A DNA stretch of 64,000 nt from Vicugna vicugna (taxonomy: Eukaryota): positions 186,001 to 250,000 of the forward strand of contig MU057991.1 in the NCBI GenBank assembly GCA_013265495.1. The letters are read 5' to 3'. Below are positions 36,740 to 50,814 of this stretch, piece after piece. Made by a program: the position numbers and the translations under genes. The stretch's first letter is position 1, and the number at the start of each line of letters is the position of its first letter. The notes beneath the pieces are model-generated. The model saw only the letters and a program-made list of their open reading frames with translations, did no database searches and was not told the origin of the DNA.

Positions 36740-37960
36740 AACTTAAAAGGTGAGGAAATTTAACAGTATTTACTAATTCGCTTCAAGGCAACAGCAATAA
36801 ACCAATTACATGTCAACATACGTGAACAATTTTATGGAAAATAATTATATTTTCAATAGAAAGTGTAGTGCAAAGAGCGCTCTGTTCTGTATTTTCCCAC
36901 ACCTCTTGGATCTGTTGCAGTAAGCTGTTATGGCTGAAAGTTTTGCAGAAAATCCACAAAGGGGAGGAATATTTAAATATTCATTTAGGATAATTGCCTT
37001 TGTAGCCTTTGGATAATTGATCTTCTTTTTTAATATTGCACTAAAACTCAACAGTGGTAGTTTATTTTTTTTTTTTAATTTTTCTTTTTTGCTTTTCTGA
37101 ATCATCCTATTTATTATCATTATAATTTTTGCAGGGAGAGGTAATTAAGTTAATTACTATTATTTTTTTTGATGGAGATACTAGGGGATTGAACTCCGGA
37201 CCTCATGCGTGCGAGGCATGCAGTCTACCACTGAACTGCACCCTCCCCACAACAACAACAGTTTCTTAAAAGGTTAGTTGTGCTGTGGAATTTGAAACAT
37301 GTCAATTAAGTTTCATACTCTGTTACGTTAAAATCCGCTGTTCTGTCTTTTTGCAGTTTGAGTAGGTGTTTTAACCATGTGTGACTTTGTCACATTTTGT
37401 GACATTAGTCATTTGGAAAATATTGGATCCTTGAGTTTTGAAGGTTTTCAAGTGTTGATACATTTCATTATATAATACCCAAAAAAGTACATCTCTTACT
37501 ATCACCACTAACCTTATTAGAGAGGTTATTAGATCAATACCAGAGGCAAGTGTGAAGGTCATGGTGGCAGATTCAAGTTTTCCAAAATTCTAATCTTTGT
37601 TAAAAAACTTGAATTCTCTCATCTGCGGTATTTGCTCTCAGTTACTTCTTTGAAGCATCATTGGTTTGTCCATTTTTGAGAAAAAGTCTGCCTACTGTCC
37701 ACGTTTGAATACCGTATGTGTCCATCAGCTGCTCTTTCAAGAATAAAGTTGGTGTCCACGAGAAAGCTGGCCGGCTCCGGCCGCAAGCCACCTTCGGCAC
37801 CGGGGACCAGCGCCCTTGAGCACCCAGTCACCCAGCCAGCACGCTTTACCCATCCTTCTGACTTCATCTCACAGGGGATCAAAGGACATACGTCAATGGG
37901 CCAAGAGTTAATGACTTAATCGCTTTTACCAATTTATCAAGAAGCTTCTTAAGAGAAACT
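36740..37960. mobile_element. Charlie-like hAT DNA transposon remnant (interrupted by a SINE)
   Basis: aaccaattacatgt, ttagtcatttggaaaatattgg, caagttttccaaaattctaat motifs. Confidence 0.45.
37125..37248 (-). mobile_element. tRNA-derived SINE (vic-1-like)
   Basis: Same head and gaggtaatt tail motif. Confidence 0.75.
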
Positions 37961-38651
37961 GACCTCACTTACCGTTGGTGTCACATTTATTTCTTTTTTA
38001 AGTCTAGTCAGTTGCAATGTGTCAATGTCCGGTATTCAGCATATTTCAGTCACACATATACATGCATGTATGTCCATTTTCATGTGGAAGGGGTAAATTG
38101 GGAGTCCGAGATTTGCAAATATTAACTACTATATATAAAATCAATAAACAAGTTTCTGTATAGCACAGGGTGTTACTTTTTTTTTTTGATGACTTTTAAA
38201 AAACATCTTTATTGCGCTATGGTTCCTGTACAGAAAATGACACGTACTTCAGAGGTACAGTTTGATGAATTTTGATAGATGTATATACACCCATGAAACC
38301 ACCACCACAATCAAGAGAGCTCACATCTCCATCACTTTGCTCGCGGCTGCGTGCCTGGCGGGGAAGAGTGCAGGGTGGTGGCGGGCAGTCTGCGCTTGCG
38401 CCTGTGAAGGCGCCGGCGGTCCTAGGCGAGGCTTGCCTTCATGCTCCTGTACGGTGAGGCTTCCATCTTTAGTCTCCATTTACTAGTTGGCGTTTTATTT
38501 TAAAGAAAAGAGCTTTTATTTCTCCTGTATTTATTTGCCTTACATTGGCATGGAATCATGTGCTCCTGTGTGGTGCGATGAGTTATAATCTGTTACTATC
38601 ATCCCTTATTTTGTTGTTCAGATTGTTGCCGATCTGGAAATCTCTTGGAAC

Positions 38652-39150
38652 TGTGACGGAAAAGAACCAATCTGACTCCGTATGAGACCTGTTCCTTTGG
38701 CTTAACCCTGTGCCCTGTTCTCTACTCTGCACCTGAAACAACGTTGCCTTTAGCCTGAAATGCACAGGGGAGCCCATTGTCAAGGCTCTGACCTTTAAGG
38801 ATATTAACATCTTCGCACTAATATAAAGGTAACAAGTTGCAGAATAGAATATAACCTTTGTTTTGCTGGAGGTTTGCAGGGGCACCGTGACCTGGCCCCG
38901 GGGGACAGCTGCAGGAACAAAGGATTCCTGCACCAAGAAGTTTGCAACAGCCAACCACACCCCCTCCCCCTTTTTAGTATAAAAGGAGCCTGAATTCTGA
39001 CTTGGGGAAGATGGTTCTCCAGGACACGAGTCCCCCATCCTCTCGATCTGCTGGCTTTCCCAATAAAGTCATTATTCCTGCCCCAACACCTTGTCTCCTG
39101 ATTTATTGGCCTGTCGTGCGGTGAGCAGAACAAGTTTGGACTCGGTAACA
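38652..39150 (+). mobile_element. ERV1-type solo LTR, family B
   Basis: TG...CA ends, 4-bp TSD gaac, TATAAAA and AATAAA inside. Confidence 0.9.
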
Positions 39151-40837
39151 GAACTGGTTCTCATCTGCTTCTTTCCGCCCCACGAGGATGGTCTCAGTGT
39201 CCTGTCCCTGCCACCAACTGGCCCCAGAACTGCACGGTCATGTGGACTCTGGGCCTGTGATCAACGCTCCCTGCATTTCAGCCTTGAAAGACGCTGTAAT
39301 ACGGTGATACCTTTTTCTCTCTCACATCCAGCCTTTCTTCAGCCTTCGGTTTTGTGTAGCCTTTATAATGTGGTCTTTTAATTTCAGGAGATGCCTCAAA
39401 ATTTATATTACTTTAGAATTTCAGCCCAGGTGCTACTAAAAATTTTGTTTCTGTGGTTGGTTTAACGAAAGATCTGGATGCATGCCTGGAAGAGCTTCCT
39501 TTGCAGAGGTGACACTTCTAAGTTCTCCTTTGATACTGATATCATATATAATATCGTTTATAATTTATTAACGGCTATATTTGCCAAAGCAAATGGACCA
39601 GCCGCTGTCTTCATGGAGTGTAAGCTGTGAAAGAGACAAGGCAGACACACACAAAGAAGAGAGTGGCTGGTTCCTGCAATTTGTCCTTTTTGTTTGTTTT
39701 TATTATTTATGGTTTACTGACATTCATGCATGGACCAGGATGAAGCAGTACTGGCCCAAATCGGACAAGGGAAGTAACACTTCCTGGCACTTGCCAGGAC
39801 AGTCGAGTTCACGGGGTGATCTTGGCAGGCCTGCCGGGTGTGGGCCGGTGGCTCCTCACTTAACAGCTGCTGGGAGTCTCACCCCCTATTTTAATGGGGT
39901 TTCCTCTCGCCAAGAAGAGCCCCCACAGCTCTGATAAAGCTAGCGCTGGCCTGGGTGCCATGCCCGTGGAGTTGGCGGGCACAGGCCCATGCCGTCCACA
40001 GCGACAGGAGACCCGGCTGGCAGGGTCACGAGGTGGGACCTCTGCTTTCCCGGGGGCAGGAGCAAGACTCGGGCAGAGGTGGCATCTCCAAGCATCCCTG
40101 AAGCTGGCAGCACACGGCAGGGCCCTGTCTCTCCTTTGTGCTCAAGGACAAGTGTGTGGACACCCGAGAGGAAGGACTGGTGCATTTGCTTTGGAAAGAT
40201 GCGGACCTGGCTGCCAGCACAGCAGCCACCGGGGGGCCAGCAGCGTCCCCACAGAACAGCCCACGGTTTGTCATGCATCTTATAAAGGGGGGCAAAGCGA
40301 GGCCAGGAGGGTCTAATGACCTGTCCGTGAGGTCAGGACCTGACCGTGGAGGTCAGGGTCAGCTGCTTCTCGAGGGCGACAAGGATGAGGTGGGGGAGGC
40401 GGGACCACGGTGTGCAGGTGGCAGCGAGGACTAAGCGGGAAGCGGGGAACGGATGGAATTAGGGGACCCAGGTTGGCCGGGGCGGGGGTGGAATTGCACC
40501 AAATCCTGTCCTTTGAGTGAAAAAGCTGCTCACAACCCAGGTGGACTGCGGCAGACCCTCCAGCATCCTTCCCCAGCCCCCTGCGGGCATCGCACGGCTC
40601 ACCAGGCTGGGGGCCTTGGCCCGGGGCCAGGGGGGCACGGGCGGCTGCCAGCGGGCCTCTCCGGCGCCCCGCTCCTCCGCGGACAGAGCCACCTGGCTCT
40701 CCTGTCACCCTGTCCAGACACTTTGGCTTCAGATAATCAGCTGATGACATTCAGCCTTGTTCCAGAATGCCAGCTGGAACCCTGGGGTTTTGGTCTGGCG
40801 CTGCCCTGGGAGCCCTGCCTCTGCCTCCCTGCCCACT

Positions 40838-40839
<2 letters not shown>

Positions 40840-40892
<53 letters not shown>
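40840..40892. repeat. (GT)n(GA)n microsatellite
   Basis: Directly visible. Confidence 0.95.
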
Positions 40893-40894
<2 letters not shown>

Positions 40895-41669
40895 TGCACT
40901 GGACAAGAGTGGACCAGGGCGGGGGGACCAGGAGGAGACAGCCAGCGCCTTTCACGCCTCTCAAATCTGGCTCACTGCTCTGCTGTCATAACTCGGTTAT
41001 CCCTTATCACCAGAATTTGCGTTGCCCTAGGAGACACCTGCTTCCCAAACCCGAAATTCAAAGAACCACATGTTCTTTCAACGTGCATTCTTCCCCGCTT
41101 GTAGGAAGAGAGCCTCATGTGACAAAATCCTGTCCCCTTATGGTTTATGGCTTCCCAGTTTTGGGAACAGGCTGGGGCATGGAGGCATTCTATAAAAAGT
41201 TTACTTTGAATTGATGAGAAAATTATCATGCTGGTCTATTTTGTAGAAAGTCTGACTTCCTTCGAGGTGAGTCCTTTGGAAATGATGAAGCGCAGATCCC
41301 TCGACCCCCTGCCGGATGTAGGATGGGGCTGGGGACCCCCCAGGCCGCCTGGCATCTGTTTCATACCAGCTTGTAAGTCACATCAGTGGCTCATTTGAGA
41401 CTCTCGCTGCCCAGGAAGTGGCTCCTCTGGTTAACCAGCCCAAGCAGGCATCCTGCTGTTTTTCAGGGAACATAAAACAAGGTAAGCAAAACAGCGTTTT
41501 CCCACCCTCTGGGTGAAGCCCGCTGCAGCGCTCTGACGGGGGGCCCTCATGCCTCAGCTAATTTCCACATCATCCTGTTTAGGGCGGGAGATCCGGGGCG
41601 ATGCTGGCGTCCAATGGGGAGGCAGATCCCCTGTGAAAAGCAGAGCAGTTTATTTTTTTTAAAATTTCA

Positions 41670-41797
41670 TTTATTTTTGGGGGAGCAGGAGGAGGCAATT
41701 AGGTTTATTTACTGATTTATTTTTGGAGGAGGGCCTGGGGATCGAACCCAGGACCTGGTGCATGCTAAGCACATGCTCTGCCACTTGAGCTAGACCT
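41670..41797 (-). mobile_element. tRNA-derived SINE (vic-1-like)
   Basis: ggggatcgaacccaggacc...ccacttgagcta. Confidence 0.75.
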
Positions 41798-44700
41798 TCA
41801 GCCTCCGAGCAGTTTCTGTTCACTGTCTCCCACGGGCCACACACCTCCAGGATCCACTGTCTGCACAGCACGCACTGGGCGACAGACCTCAGCCCGGACC
41901 GCAGTGCGGACATTCAGTGTCAGTGCGGCCGGTACGTGAGTCCTGAAGACAGTGACCCGCTGTGTTTGAGATGCAGTTGGCTCAGCTGTGAAATGGAAAC
42001 ACGTATGAGACACGAGGCCAGCGTCCCGCAGGGGACGGACGCCCCGTGAAGACCCCAGATGTGCAGGAGGAAGCGTCTGGGTCCAGATTCCTTTTTCTGA
42101 ACTTTGAACCCTCTCCGCATACATGGGCACGTGTTTCTTTTATTTTAGGCAGATCATCTGATCTTGGGACTTCGGAGGTGCTAGACCTTAAGGACCCGCT
42201 GACCCTGCCCCCTCACTGTAAGCGTCGGGGGGGGGGGCCCGAGGTCACCCCAGCGGTGAGTGGCAGAGCCCCGGGGGGCCTCTCAGGTGAGGAGGGGAAG
42301 GTGTGCTCCTGTGCATCCGAGAGATGAAACCACAGTCACTCACGCACTGCGTCTGTGTGTTTCTTTTAACTCTGGCTTCGGCATCTGTAGGGTCGCCATC
42401 AGCTCATGCTTTCGAAGCTGCCTTCAAACTCCTCGGTTTCTGGAAAACGCACATGCCTGGGCTGGGCTCAGACAGTGGACTTTGCTTTTATGTTGGGAAG
42501 GAAGGCTCTCAGAAGCCCCTCACACCTGCCAACTGGTCTCATCACAGAAGGATGGGGTGTCTGGCTGCCGAGAACACGTGGTGAACATCCACGTGGGACA
42601 GGCAGTGCCGTGTCAACCCCTTTCTCACCCTGGAGTTTGCCAGTAATGTTCCTGCTTTTTCAGTTCTGTTCTAAGTTAAAGGATGCTAGAGTTCTGGAGC
42701 GAGAAGGCACTGGATGGTCCAGCTGCCTGAGCTCGGACAGGAAAGTCCACTTGAAGGCACACAGTGAGTGGCTCGCAGACTCGGACCAGACGGGATCCTG
42801 TGGCTTCTGCCCCAGATGCCGGTCCACATCTGTAGGGCCGCGGGCACCCCCATTTCTTGTTGAAGTTTGCTTATGACGACCACACGGAAGGTGATTTGAG
42901 GCTTAAGTTACGTGCACTGAAGGCCAAGAGGAATGTGGCTTTTCATGAGACCTGTCTGTTCCGGGGTCACCCTCTCTCCTAATGGGGTAGGTTTTGATCA
43001 GGTCATCTTAGAACCCACAAAAGGCGCTCTTGAGAAATAACAGGACCATTTCTGTTTTCTGCAGAGCTGTTCAAAACTAGAGGCGCAATGACATCATTAA
43101 TGATTTATAAAAATTGCCCATTTCTGTTTGCAACCCTTGCACACGGAGCAGCCCTCAATGACCTGGCCAGGGAGTCCCCTGACACTGTGCACCTGGACGA
43201 GGGGAACTGTCACCGGGTCCACCGTGCAGGACAGAAAGTCACCTGGGCTACACGCAGGCAGGACAGCACCCGGCATTGTCCTCAACTTCTGCCTGAGTGT
43301 AAAAGCAGCTACCGCACTGGAAATGAATTAGCGGCAGCTGGACAAAACTCGAGGAATCTTACCAACATCACGCAGAAGCGAAAAACAGTCCCAAGAGATC
43401 ACCCAGACCAGGGATTCATTTTCAGAGGCATAAAAATCAAGCCACAGGAAAGCATAGACTGTTTAGAAATTCATCACCTTTGGGATAAAACAGCTTTTCG
43501 ATTCAACGCACAGTTCAGGGTGGTGGTTATGTCTGAGCCGGCTGCAGCGCAGATGCAAGAAATGGGTGACTTTCTCATTTGTAAACGGGGCGATGGGTCA
43601 AAAAAGCAGGGGAGGGGGAGAGATGTTAGGCCAACTTCTGGACAGAACTTCGGACTCGCGTCGATTAAGCAAGACGTCTTATTCTGACAGTTTCAGACCA
43701 TCTACCAGCAAGAAGATTCTTTATAATCTACGTTGATTAGAAATGAAAACACCGAACTAAATGAGGCCACGGCCACAGTGCCTCACCGTTCACTCGTTCT
43801 GTAGCAAATGATCTTAACTATTCACGTCCTGTTCTTTTAGACGGAGGACGTTGGGGAGACCAGGAGGTAGACCGAGCTGCAGTGTGCAAGGGATGGCAAC
43901 GTCCTAAAAGAAAGTTGGCTTTTAAGTTTGTTTTTAGTAAGTAAATGCGTGACGGTGCTTGACCGGGTGGCTGGTTGCAAGATGGTTGCTGTGGTTCCAT
44001 GCATCAAGCTCTAATCGAGGTGGGAAGGTGGGCCACTGTGTGGGGCCCGAAGCAGAGATGGTTTGGGGGCTCTGATGTCTTTCCACAGCCCAGTGGATGG
44101 GGCTCCCGCACGGAACAGGGCAGAAATGAACCAGAGGGCGGCACAACTGAGTGGAATTAAGACCCAAGTCAAGACAACGGGAAAGGCTTTACGGGGAGAA
44201 AAAGACAAGAGGGTCCTTCCCTTCCGCCCACGTTTCCTCTAGAGGCACGAGGGCAGACAAGCACCCAGGCAGAGAGGCGGGGGGCGTGTGCCGTGGGTCC
44301 CGTCTCAGGGAAGGATGTGCAGGAGCCTGGGAAGCAAAGCCAAGGTGACAGGAGCCCTGAGGACTGCCAGCCCCTCTTCCCCAGGGCTCCCCTTTAGCCG
44401 GGTGGCCTCAGTTAGGGTCGGTTTAACAGGACCTGCTCACATCCAGCAAGGAGGGGGCAGGGGGCCTCTGAGAGCCTCACCTCTACCAGTGGGTGGAGTT
44501 TGACTCGGTCTCCTTGCTCTGAACCTTGTTCTCAGAATTCCTGGGGTGCAGCCGGGGGCAGCTCTGGGCCCCGGTAAGCCTGCTACACCCCCACCGTCCT
44601 CTCTAACGTGGCTGCCTCTGCCTGAGCCGTGCCGTCCGCTCCGCCGCGGTCTCTCAGCTGCCTTCTGGTCTCCTCCGGAGGCTGCGTCCCCTCCCTGAAC

Positions 44701-44899
44701 TTGGACCCGCTTAGCTGGGCCCAGAGGTCCTGCTCCAGTTTTCCAGACCCTCTTTATGGTTTGGATGCTGCCCTTCCTCCCACTTGCTTTCGGGGTTCTG
44801 CTCCACACTGAGTCTAACACAGTTTACAACTGGGGGACTCCACGCTCCCGGGCACCCCCATATTCTGGGGACACATCCCAGCCCCCTGGGCACTCCCTA

Positions 44900-45319
44900 T
44901 GAAGGGGCAAAACCCACGAAGGGACCAGCAGGACCTCCCAGGCAGGGCCACTGCCTTCCTGCTTTTGCGCTTCTGTAAAACGGCTTGCTTCTAGGAAAAC
45001 GAAACTGACCCCTAAAATTCCATGGGTTCCCAAAAGCTCCCTCCTGATTGGTCCATTTCTAACACCTCATTTGCATTTACCCCTAAAATTCCATTGGTTC
45101 CTGAAGGCTCACTCCTGACTGGTCCATTTCTAACACCTCATTTGCATGTGGCATGAACTCCATTGAAACCTAAAACCCTATAAAAAAGTGTGTAAATCTA
45201 CAGACGGGGTCCAGAGCTTGGAGTGGTAACTCCTCTGGGCCCGTGGATGTAATAAACCCGAGTTCTCCAAACCTCTGAGTGTTGCTTGGTGTCTCAACAG
45301 GACTCAGGTTGCTGTCACA
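44900..45319 (+). mobile_element. ERV1-type solo LTR, family A
   Basis: TG...CA, TSD ccta; 71-bp internal tandem duplication. Confidence 0.9.
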
Positions 45320-46634
45320 CCTACAAGCCTCAGTTTGCCACCCTGTCTGATGGGGTTGTAATGAGCCCACTGATCGCCACCCTGTTGAGTTTGTGTCTTT
45401 ACCCGAGCCCTGTGTCCCCGCCGAGTTCCTGATGTGCGCACTGGCCATTACCAGCCCGACGGCATTTCCTCCCTCTGATTATCTGCTACCGCAGCCCAGG
45501 GTTCAGGTGGTTGGCAGAGAATCCTTGATCCTGGGAGGGTGAGTGACTGCTCGGCCCAAATGGGTGACGCTCGACTGCCCTGCAAGGTCACGGTGGTGTT
45601 GCTGCCCTCGGTCGGGCTTCTGACAGATGACACACAACCAGACTCCTGGATTTTCTGGTCCCAAGGCACTAGACCTGCTTATCCTCCTTACCTACTTATC
45701 GTTGCCCCATCTTCTTGCCTGGAATTCTGACTCGCTGACTGGAGGCGTGGCAGCCATCCTGCCCACCTGGGTGACAATGGAATCCAACACCGTACGGATG
45801 GCCGTGTCGGAAGATTCTGGTGCTTCCTCTGGCTTAAGGCTTGGAAGTCTGGGAATTCAGGTTGTTTTCTGACAAAGGGGAAGGTCTTCGGCAGAGGGGA
45901 AGGCGTCTCCTGCTGGAAAAGCGGGGTGGCCTGAAGCCTGTCCAGCTCCGGGGACGGGGGCCCCTGATGGAGTTCGCAGGCATTGGGGGTGTGGGGGCGC
46001 CTTCCTCTGGCTCCGGGATGAAGAGAGACATGGTCGTCTGTGGGTTGGTTCTCTCGTCCAGAGGTGGCTCCGTCCCACCCTGGCAGCCCAGAGCGTCCAC
46101 GAGTTCTTCTTGGAAAGTTTGTCCTGCCAGGATTTTCCAGACCCCCTCGCTGCCACCCCCTCCTGCTCACGTATGTGGGGGTGTATTGCTCTGCCTGGAA
46201 AACCAGAGAAGCTTTTGCAAGGCTAGTCCAGGAGTCACATGAGCCTCCTACCAGCTGAGTCCCAGGGCTGCTCCTGGGTTTCCAGGCCCCGTGGGTGGTG
46301 TGGGAGGGGCTCCTTCACTGGGGCCCTGAAGGCAGGACCGGGAGGCCAAAAGCAGCAGGACCACTTGACTTTTCCCACATTCCAAATGTTTTCTGCTGCT
46401 GGTTCCTCTAGCCAGGAGCCTTAGAAACATTGTTCTGTCTCTTAAGCATTAAAATGTTACATGTGGAAACTCTGATCTAGGATGGACAAGCCTTGGATAC
46501 TGGGATCGGCAGCTCAGCTAAAGAAACAAGATGCAAAACCAAACCACAGGTTTGAACTGTGCAGTGTATGTCCTCTCACTGAGGTCCTCTCTCCTTCCCT
46601 CGCCCCTCGCATCCTGAAATAAGGAAGCCTCTCT

Positions 46635-46900
46635 GTTGTGGACTGAACGTTGGCACCCCCCGAATCCACGTGTGGAAGCCCTAACCTCCAGTGATGGTGG
46701 TTTTTGGAGACGGGGCCTTTGGGAGGCAGAGTTAGGTGAGGCCGTGAGGGTGGGGCCCTCCCGATGAGATTAGTGTCTTTCTAAGAAGAGACTTGCTCCC
46801 TCTTCTTTCTGCCACGCGAGGCCGGGAAGAGGCCAGGACACAAATCTTTCTTCACGTTGACCTTGGGTTTCTCAGGCCCCAGAGCTGTGTCAGCCACTGT
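46635..46900 (+). mobile_element. MaLR (MLT1A-type) LTR fragment
   Basis: tgttgtggactgaa...gaagccctaacc...ggagacggggcctttgggagg...gagggtggggccc. Confidence 0.7.
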
Positions 46901-48117
46901 CTGCAGGTTTGTTTTTTTTTATGGCAGGCGAGCTGACAGAGACACCTTCACCGTGGAGGGGCTCGGTCACCCCCGGAACCGGCTCCCCGCATGCCACATC
47001 CTCCCTGCCACCCACGGGCCCCCCAGAGCACGACTCTCTCCCCACTGACGCACTCTCAGGAGATATTCCCAGGATTTCGTTCTGGGGAGGGAGACCAGGA
47101 GGGAGCGAAAAGCAAACAAGAAATGGCCAAATGTTTTGCTGCGAGTGGAGGGGAGGGAACTGAAAACCATTAAATTTGTCCCAACACAGCTGCCAAAATA
47201 ATATATATTCATTACCAAAAAAACCCCCCAAACAATGTAAATGGATTGAAAATAAAATGCAAAATTCCCTGCCTGCCACTTAATTTTTCCCTTATATCAT
47301 TCACGCCTCAGCCCCAGTCTCCACCATTAATGGGCTGACGTGAGTATTTCCAGATGTTTCCAGATCGTGTGCACATGCACGCACAAAGGAGGTAGACACA
47401 AAATGTGTGTTTTTTTTTTTAAATATCGTTCAGCCTCTTGCTCTATTTCACTTACATAACGAGGCTGAATCTCCGTGGTGGTGCCTGTGGATTTATCCTG
47501 CTATTTCTCACAACCGCACAGAATTCCATACCACGAGGCACCATGATTTATTTAATAATGTCTCTTTTGATGGACGTTAAAGTTTAAATTTTTTTTTCTC
47601 TATTGCAGATAATGTTTTAGTGAACATTTTCATTCATGTACGTTTGTATGGCTGCTTGAGTATTTGTCTTGGCAAACAAAATACCCCAGACTAGGGGACC
47701 GATTTCTCACAGGTCTGGAGGCTGGGACTATGGGATCCAGGGGTGCATGGTCAGGTCCTGGGGTGGGGGCTGTCTTCCTGGCTTCTCATGGTGGCCTCGC
47801 GTGGCAGGTGACCACTGGCCTCTTTCTCCTCCTGCACGGACATTAATCTCACTACGGGGCCTCAGCCTCTTGATGGGACCTGACCCTAAGTGCCTTCCCG
47901 CGGCCCCACCTCCAAATACCAGCACGGGGCTTCAACAGGAATCTGGGGTGGGGGGGGGACGTGTTCAGTCAATAATAAGGTTTTAGTAGAGCTGATATCC
48001 ACAAGTGAAATTGTCATATTGAACGACATACACATTTAAAATGTTTACAGTCTTCCAAAAGTTGATGACACTTTATGTTCCTGCCAAAGTGTGTGGTGGA
48101 AAGGATTTATCATTTCA

Positions 48118-48362
48118 TTTTTTCCTTTCCTTCCCTTCCCTTCCCCTCCCTCCCTCCCTTCCTTCCTCTCTCTCTCTTTCTTCTTCTTGCTTTCTTGCTT
48201 TCTCTTTCTTTGTTTCTTTCTTTCTCTTTCTTTCTCTTGCTCTTTTCTTTCTTTTCTTTCTTTCTTTCTTTCTTTCTTCCTTTCCTTCTTTCTTCCTTTC
48301 CTTCTTTCTTTCTTTCTCTCTTTCTTTTCTTTCTTTTCTTTCTTTCTTTCTTTTCTTTCTTA
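48118..48362. repeat. Polypyrimidine (TTTC/TTCC)n tract
   Basis: Directly visible. Confidence 0.95.
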
Positions 48363-48624
48363 CCATTTCATTTTAATTGGCATCTTCTTGATTGTTAGTG
48401 AAGCCGAACGTATATTTTCACAAGTGTTACCAGTCATTTCTAAGTTTTCCATGAATTGTCCACTTAGACACGGTCAAAGTTTTAGTAGGGTGTTTAACTT
48501 TGTTAGGGGTCCATTGGAGTTCTTCATATTTTAGGACACTAATCCCTGATGCATCTCAAGGTTTACTTTTTTCCCTCATATAAATTTTGACTTTTTGATG
48601 TGTTTTTCAAATTTTATTTACTGA

Positions 48625-49155
48625 TTTATTTTATTGAAGTCTAGTCAGCTTACAATGTTGTGTCAATTTCTGGTGCACAGCATAATGCTTTGGTCATATT
48701 TATACATACATATGTGCCTTTTCATATTCTTTTTCATTATAGGTTATTATAAGATATTGAATATAGTTTCATGTGCTCTACAGCAGAAACCTGTTGTTTA
48801 TTTTATGTAATAGTCAGTATCTGCAAATCTTGAAGTCCTTGTTTATCCCTTCGCACCCTCTTCCCTCCTGGTAACCACAGATTTGCTTTCTATGTCTGTG
48901 AGTCTGTTTCTGTTTCATAAATAAGTTTGCTTGTGTTTTATTTTTTTAAGATTCCACATATAAGTGATATCACATGGTATTTTTCTTTCTCTGTCTGACT
49001 TGCTTCACTTAGGATGACAATGTCCAGGGCCATCCAGGTTGCTGCAAATGGCATTATGGTGTCATTTTTTATGGGTGAGTAGTATTCCATTGCATAAATA
49101 TACCACAACTTCTTTATCCAGTCATCTGTCGATGGACATTTAGGTTGTTTCCATG
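48625..49155 (-). mobile_element. Younger L1 3' end (related fragments at about 32975-33215 and 36310-36695)
   Basis: gattccacatataagtgatatc...catccaggttgctgcaaatggcatta...gagtagtattccatt. Confidence 0.8.
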
Positions 49156-50034
49156 TGTGTTATTTTTTTTCTTAAAAATCTTTAAGAAAAACTTAGTGGC
49201 CCTGTTGCCAGTCTTTTCTTGACGGCTTTAGATTTACATTGTCTTAGCATCACTTTCCTTGAGCTTCAGGAAGAATCACATACATTTTACCCCAAACTTT
49301 GTTTCTTTTTTTTTTTTTTAATGTTTAGATTGTTAGCCCATCTGGAATTGGAAATAAGACCATAATTAATAAATGCATAGATGTTTTCTCCAACATCATT
49401 TAGTGGAGAGACTGTTACTACTGCAGTATCTGGAAATGTTATCACCATCATATGCTACATTTCCATGGATACGTCTGTTTCCAAAATTCTTATTTCTTTC
49501 TATGAATTACTTCCGGTGACTACATTGGTACTCCGCAGCTTTAATGATGTTCATCTTATGTGGTGTATTTTTACATCATTGACATTCCTGCTCAATTATA
49601 TTCCCAATGTTCTTGGCTGCTGTTGAGCACTTTCGTTTTTAGAGTCCAAATTCTAAAATGTTTACTTCCCAAAATAACGATTGAAATTTTCAGTCGTATG
49701 GCATTGAATTTGTTTAATAATTAGGAGAAAACTGGTATCTTTACAAGATTCACTTCTCATATCCATGAATACAATGTATCTTTCAGTCTTCTTTTATGCC
49801 TCAGCAAAGTTGTATCGTTTTGGAACTCAAACTTTTCTTGCACATTTAAGTGGATTCTCAGCTCTTTTGTAACTTATTTGCTATTTCAAATAGGATTCTT
49901 TTTCATTACATTGTGTAATTAATAACTGACGGTACTTTGGAAAGTTATTGATAGCAATTCTGTGTGGCCACCCTAGTACATTTCCTTATTCTACTTTTTT
50001 TTGTTAATAGATATTTTGTTTTTCAGCCATTTGC

Positions 50035-50255
50035 TTTGGAGTCAGCAAATTTCTTCTGTAAAAGGACAGGTAGGAAATATTTTCAGCTTTGCAGGGCATT
50101 GGATCCTGTTGCCCCTACTCACCTCTGCCTCTGTGATGTGACAGCCGTCACAGGCAATGAAAGAATAGATGTGCTCTGTTCCCATAAAACTGAATTTACA
50201 AACACAGCCTGCTGGCTGGATTTGAATCCTGGGCATGGGACAGGTTTGCTGATAT
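50035..50255. mobile_element. MER58-type hAT MITE
   Basis: cagcaaat..ttctgtaaa..acaggtag..aaatattt..ctttgcaggg...gtttgctga. Confidence 0.6.
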
Positions 50256-50401
50256 TCTAAAGATGCAAATAGATCATATGTGAGTAATAAAAATTTTTCC
50301 TTGTCTCCAAAACTGGACGTCAGAAGAGTGTTGAAATGATAAAGGTCACTCTTGCTTTGCTGTTATTTAAGATGTTGGTATTTCACTGTTATGTTTCTTA
50401 T

Positions 50402-50814
50402 TGAAGGAACAAAACCCATAAAGGGGCCAGCAAGACCTCCCAGGCAGGGCCACTGCCTTCCTGCTTTTGCATTTCTGTAAAACGGCTTGCTTGTAGGAAA
50501 ATGAAACTCCCCACTGAGAGTCCTTTGGTCCCCAAAAGCTCACTCCTGATTGGTCCATTTCTAACACCTCATTTGCATTTACTTCTAAAATTCCATTGGG
50601 CCCCCAAAGCTCTCTTCTGATTGGTCTGTTTCAAACACCTCATTTGCATATGATGGAAACTTCATCAAAACCTAAAACCCTATAAAAGCCTGTGTAAACC
50701 TACAGCCGGGGTCCAGAGCTTGGGTCCTCTGGGCCCATGGGGGTGATAAACCTGAGTTCTCCAGCTCTCCGAGCGTTGCTTGGTCTCTCGACGGGATTCA
50801 GGTTGCTGTTAACA
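50402..50814 (+). mobile_element. ERV1-type solo LTR, family A
   Basis: TG...CA, TSD ctta(t); 71-bp internal duplication. Confidence 0.88.

Noticed and set aside
45330..46250. Coding-looking minus-strand stretch with overlapping ORFs
   Set aside because: No recognisable protein family or consistent exon structure.
48041..48534. Phe/Leu/Ser-rich and Lys/Arg/Glu-rich ORFs
   Set aside because: Translations of a polypyrimidine simple repeat.
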